A stretch of DNA of 64,000 nt from Octopus vulgaris (lineage: Eukaryota): contig OX597828.1 in the NCBI GenBank assembly GCA_951406725.2, positions 77,748,001 to 77,812,000 on the forward strand. The letters are read 5' to 3'. Under the pieces are notes generated by a model. That model saw only the letters and a list, made by a program, of their open reading frames with translations. It was not told where the DNA came from and made no database searches. How positions within the stretch are numbered: the first letter of the stretch is position 1; every line of letters begins with the position of its first letter. The position numbers and the translations under genes were made by a program. Shown one piece after another: positions 59,221-64,000 of the stretch.

Positions 59221-59311
59221 TTTTAGCTGATGAGTACGGGACACGTTTATATGCTGTAATTTTTGCAACTTTTAATAAAACCTGTCCTTGTATGAAACGA
59301 TTGTACTAAAA
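59221..59311 (+). ncRNA. Type I hammerhead ribozyme motif in PLE 3' pLTR
   Basis: Stem I TTTTAG/CTAAAA; CTGATGA 59227-59233; stem II GTACGGGACA/TGTCCTTGTAT; GAAA 59294-59297; minimal stem III AC-GATT-GT; predicted cleavage after GTA (59305). Confidence 0.85.
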
Positions 59312-59340
59312 ACCTATCCATTCTTGTTGCTTCATTCTCG

Positions 59341-59381
<41 letters not shown>

Positions 59382-60159
59382 CAGGCTTGTTTCAGTTTCC
59401 GTCTACCAAATCCACTCACAAGGCTTTGGTTCACCCAAGGCTATAGTAGAAGGTGCCACACAGTGAGATTGAACCCAGAAGCATGTGATTAGGAAGCAAG
59501 CTTCTTACAACACACCCACTCCCACGCCTGTGATCTGTGCAGAGAACTTCACCAGAAGTCATTTACGTAGTGCAGCATTAAAAGATTTGGTGAAGTTGAG
59601 ATAGACAACATCCACCCGTGAGCTATCATCTGTGATTCAAGTGATGTCTTCAAGAAATTCAATGTGTTGGTCATACAGCTGGAGTTAGAGATAAATCCTG
59701 ATTGTGAGGGGGAAATAAGGTTTTTAGGGTTCCAGAGAGTCTCCTTGATATAGGACTAGATCAACAAATTGTCAGACTGTAGGAGTGTATAGACAATGGA
59801 ATGTCACCTCAGTGCTGGACTTGATCAATATGGCAATACAGTTAGTGAGAGTGACTTGTTGATAATTAAAAAGGTTGATGTGAAGTCATCCTTTTTTTGA
59901 ATAGGAGAATAACGCTATCATTTCCCCAGTGTTCTGAAGTAACACAGATATTAAGGTAGAATTGGAAGAAAGGCAAAAATTGGTGCTGCCACAACACCAT
60001 CAAGAGGAAGCACAGTTGTGCATACACTTGAGATGGCATTGCAGCAGTGCAGGAATAAATTCAACTGATGCAATGGAATTTGGTGTCAGAAGCAGTAGAG
60101 ATGGTAAATTTGGATTTTCAATTGTAAAAATGCCAGCACAGAATTTAGCAATAAGCAAT

Positions 60160-60573
60160 GGACGCTTTTTGGTTTGAACAGCAGTTTTTAACAATTTCTA
60201 GGTAACTAAAAAATTTTAAACTTCGTATACTGGTAGAATGTGTTTATAAAACATCTTTTTCTCTTGGCTTTATTGAGAAAATTCTATAATTTGTAAGATA
60301 TTTGTTGTTTTTTCTTCAATTTCTGCAATTTCAACCAATCACTGACATCTATTGAACTGAAAACATTCTGTACCGTATGAATATGTCCCTCGTTTAAGAA
60401 ACAGATTAGGTTTATTTACATTTGTGAAGAAAAAAAGATACCCTTCCCCCCACCCCTAACCCTAACCCTAAAATAGATTGAAATGCAACAGATCGATACT
60501 AGGGTCATAATTATGGGTGACAATTTCATATGACACCGCTAGAAAAAAACTGCCGTTCAAACCGAAAAGATCC
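60160..60573. mobile_element. TIR element (MITE) with internal CCCTAA repeats
   Basis: ~30-bp TIR GGACGCTTTTTGGTTTGAACAGCAGTTTTT / AAAAACTGCCGTTCAAACCGAAAAGATCC; (CCCTAA)3 near 60454-60471. Confidence 0.7.
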
Positions 60574-61256
60574 CACTTTTTGAGGTCACCAGTAATCTGA
60601 CTTGTATGGAAGACTGCAAAGAGAACTGATTAGAGAGTGAGGCCTCTATTTCAAATGCAGGTATTTCCAGAATACTTGACTAAATGGGTTGGTTGCAATG
60701 TATGGTTCTACTTTTAAGTATCACCTTTTTAGTCATTTGTTTGATATGGATGGATGCTCTGTTGTGCCTTCTATTATATTCCATTCTATGGAATATGTAT
60801 TTACATTCAGCACCTCACCTGGGGCAAGGTTGACTGCTGCAGTCTCCCCAATCATGCTTTTGGCATTTCTAATGTGACTAGATGGTAGGGATGCTTTGCA
60901 TGCAACCCAAATTAAATTAAGGATGTGCTGAAAGATAGCACTGCCATCTCCAGAACTCATAAAACTCAAAGCAGTTTGTTGGTGGTGGCAGCAGCTTTTC
61001 TTTCTGTCCCTAAATGACAGATTAGCAGAGATCATAGAATGATTGGAATTATCTAAAAGTTCCTTGTTAGTGACACTGATAACAGTAATAAAGAACAGAT
61101 CTAAAGTGTTGATCTCTCTGGTGGAGCAGGTGACCACTACGGATCGGTTTCAATCTAGAGCTAAATCAAGGCTGTCACCAGTGAAATGTTTCCCAATCAA
61201 TCTCTGGGGGACGGAAATCACCAACAATGAAAACATAAGTGACTATTACTCTAAAC

Positions 61257-61369
61257 CAGGGGTTCTCAACCATTTTTGTTTATCTATGGATCCCTCTGAT
61301 TACTATTTTATTCTGGTGGACTGCCACTCCCCACCCATTCAATGGTTAAAAACTAGTTGAGAACCAGTG
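61257..61369. mobile_element. Internally deleted copy of the same hAT-like MITE
   Basis: CAGGGGTTCTCAAC...GTTGAGAACCAGTG; flanks CTCTAAAC/CTCTGAAT; body similar to 11772-11860. Confidence 0.65.
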
Positions 61370-63920
61370 CTCTGAATGCAACTCAGGGGATGTGAAAATG
61401 TTGTCTTGATTAGAGTTTGCAGATTCGGACTTGACAAACTTCCCTACCTGTCCATCTTCATACACACTCTCATGTGGAGGCTGAATCCTGATTCAAGGAA
61501 GCTGCAATATACAGCTTTGGGCATCTAATCAGGTGGGAAACTAGGATAAGTTCAATAAGGGATTTGATTTTCACACGTAGCCTTATCAGAGGCTAATCAG
61601 AGGCTGCATGTGCCTCGGTACAAGTCAAGGAGGTGCAGCTGACCAGTCTGAGTTTAGCTCCAACACAACTGAGGGAGAGAACAATTTTTGGAGGAACACA
61701 AAAATGTTCTGGGGAGGATGATTGCATTTGAGGTAAATGGAGCGCAAAGGCAAGGTAGACTGAGGAAAAGGTGGGGGAGAAGATTGGGAGGGTTGGTTTG
61801 AAAAAGGAGGACGTCCAAAACTGAGCAAGATGGTGAAATGGTGTGAGAGCAGTTGCTATGGCATTGAGGTAGATCCAGCTACCCCCATTAACAGGGACAA
61901 AACCCGGATTTAAAACACTCAATGATAATGATAAAGTCCTTGGTAAAGTTTTCAGCAAATGTCCATAGATCAAGGATTTACTCAAATACATTAATAGCAA
62001 TTAGATCATGCATAACAGATTCAATGGTTTATTTTTAAATCACCTGGATTCAATTAAAGCTGCAGGCAAATCTCTAAGCAAGGTATTCCAATATGATTCC
62101 TCATTGTGTATTTCTGTAAGGATTTTTACTTTACTGCTCAAGTTAGGGTTCAATTGTCAAATTTCTGCAACTTCCCTATGGATGGCTGGTTTTTGTTCAA
62201 CATCAAAAGTGAGATGAGACATATAGGTCAGCCATTGAAAAGACTAATTTTAGAGTTGGACCATTTCCCAGAGACTATCCATTATAGAATCATAATACAC
62301 CAGGCCCAGAATTGTCAAAAAATTAGTGGGGCATTGAAAGCAAATAGAAATATGACACAAATTCATGATAATGGCAGGGGGTGGGGGATTTATCTATTTT
62401 GATTACTGTAGCTGAGGGCCAAAATGGTTTTGAGACCAAGATGTCACCATTATATCAGAGATCTCAAGAGAATTCATACAACAACACACACACACACCAA
62501 AGTCTCTCACATATACAAATAATGTTGATATTCGTCACTGGATGAGCTGTTACCTGCAGCTCTGCTTCTAACGAAATCATAATCTTGAGAGCTCTGAGCA
62601 TCTATATTGATCTATTGTATAATACATAGTCTAGCACTGTCTGTACTTTACCGAGCAGTAGTAAGTGACTGACTGACTGGTAAACTCAGTCAAACAACTG
62701 GCTCCAACACAACAAAACAAATGAGAGCCTCTATCCAGTCACCCAAGAAATAACAGCTAAATCCTAAATCGCTTTCACATTACACCATTTTAGGAAGAAC
62801 ACTTTGAATAATGCAACTCTGAGACACTACCTCTAGGAAAAAGTAAGAATATTCATAGCTGGAATTCTTTTGAGAGCATGGGTCTCCGTAACTGAAGCTG
62901 AGCTGGGCTCAAGAACCCAAGTAGGTTATTATGAGGTGTAGTAGTCAAGGTATGCTGTAGGTTCTGATAGTAGCTATAGAAGAGGAACAAAGAATTCAAC
63001 AGAAATGGAAAAGTTGCTGCTGCATACACAACTTTAGCAGTGTGCATCACAGAGGTATGTTTATGACTTCAGGTGCAGGGGTGGGAGGCTGGGGTGGGAG
63101 AAGTAGAGTTCTGAGGATGAGAGCATAGTAACGTAGCAGTATTCATTAGTGTGTCACAGGAGTCAGTCTCTCTCTCTCTCTCTCTCTCAGGCAGTTTTCC
63201 CAGCAGAATCGACAGGTGTCGCTGGGATGAAATTGATAAAAACTACTTTCACAGACACTGATACAAACACCACAAAAATCGGGTCTTTTGTGCAAATTCT
63301 TTTACCGGCCTTGACATAACAAAGACAAAATAAATATCGGTTTCAAATTTTGGCACAGGGCCAGCAATTTTGGAGGAAGGGGCCAAGTTAAATACATTGA
63401 TCCAAATGCTCAGCTGGTACTTATTTTACTGACCCTGGGAGGATGGAAAGTAAAGTCAACCTCAGTGGAGTGTGAACTCAGGACATAAAGACGGATGATA
63501 TGAAAATAAAAATGACCTACAGTGTATTAAGAGACCAACACATTTGCAGAGTAACAGGGTAATATTATAGCCAGATTCCACCGAGGTTGACTTTGCCTTT
63601 CGTCCTTTCAGGGAGTCGATAAATTAAATACCAGTTGCATACTGGGGTTGATCTAATCGACTGGCCCCCTCCCCAAAAATTTTGGGCCTCATGCCTAGAG
63701 TAGAAAAGAATATTTTAGCCAGATTATATCTTCAAATTCATTCCATAGTTAAGTCTGTTTACTTCCTGGTGTAAAGTGAAAAATAATCGATAACAACTCT
63801 TAAGGTAAAAGAGGTGATAAGCGTATGACAAGGAATATAGCTTTTCAGAGGTGCTGTCTCCTAAGAATGCATATTCAATACTACCTAGGTGGACTTTTAC
63901 ACCACTTAAAGAGTCAAATG

Positions 63921-64000
63921 TGGAAGTGCGATGGTCCAGTGGTTAGGGCAGCGGACTTGCGGTCGGATGATCGCAGTTTTGATTCCCAGACCAGGCGTTG
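63921..64000 (+). mobile_element. tRNA-like SINE head, truncated by window end (related minus-strand copy ~400-606)
   Basis: A box TGGTCCAGTGG; B-box-like GTTTTGATTCC; no intact cloverleaf. Confidence 0.65.

Larger units (their letters stand above)
54617..59346 (+). mobile_element. Penelope-like retroelement (PLE), near full length, antisense in an intron
   Basis: RT + C-terminal GIY-YIG ORF; 3' hammerhead motif; inverted pLTR fragment at the 5' end (54617-54831); (TA)n on both flanks. Confidence 0.92.
59530..62400 (-). mobile_element. Degraded CR1-like LINE (APE endonuclease and RT remnants) interrupted by MITEs; boundaries approximate
   Basis: TREINTLDLFF...SNHSMI (APE C-terminal TR..N.LD / SDH-like) near 61030-61125; VDVVYLNFTKSF (RT LDFSKAFD-like) near 59580-59620. 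Confidence 0.65.

Noticed and set aside
62530-62620. Possible upstream BRD10 exon (GCAG|gtaaca donor on the minus strand)
   Set aside because: No bromodomain-like translation in the required phase and no convincing acceptor.
63921-64000. Functional tRNA gene
   Set aside because: A/B-box-like motifs are present but the stems are broken; it matches a SINE head.

Overview
AT-rich, microsatellite- and SINE-dense animal genomic DNA; the repeat families suggest an octopus (inferred, not verified). The window is mostly introns of one minus-strand gene. I traced 13 GT-AG, phase-consistent coding exons from 53412 down to the stop at 1879 (about 2550 codons; 5' exons not found). The product resembles BRD10/KIAA2026: bromodomain C-terminal half, DDT/WHIM-like motifs and a 5.3-kb low-complexity last exon. 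The introns hold tRNA-derived SINEs, RTE and CR1-like LINE fragments, non-autonomous Helitrons, and hAT/piggyBac/mariner MITEs. They also hold a near-intact Penelope-like retroelement (RT + GIY-YIG, Asn-rich inserts) with a type I hammerhead ribozyme at its 3' end and an inverted pLTR fragment at its 5' end. The most interesting signal is a set of short non-coding elements with decayed hammerhead motifs. One has a tRNA-like Pol III head, and two have the same inverted 5' copy of their own 3' end as the Penelope element. This suggests a ribozyme-tailed SINE family mobilised by Penelope-like elements.
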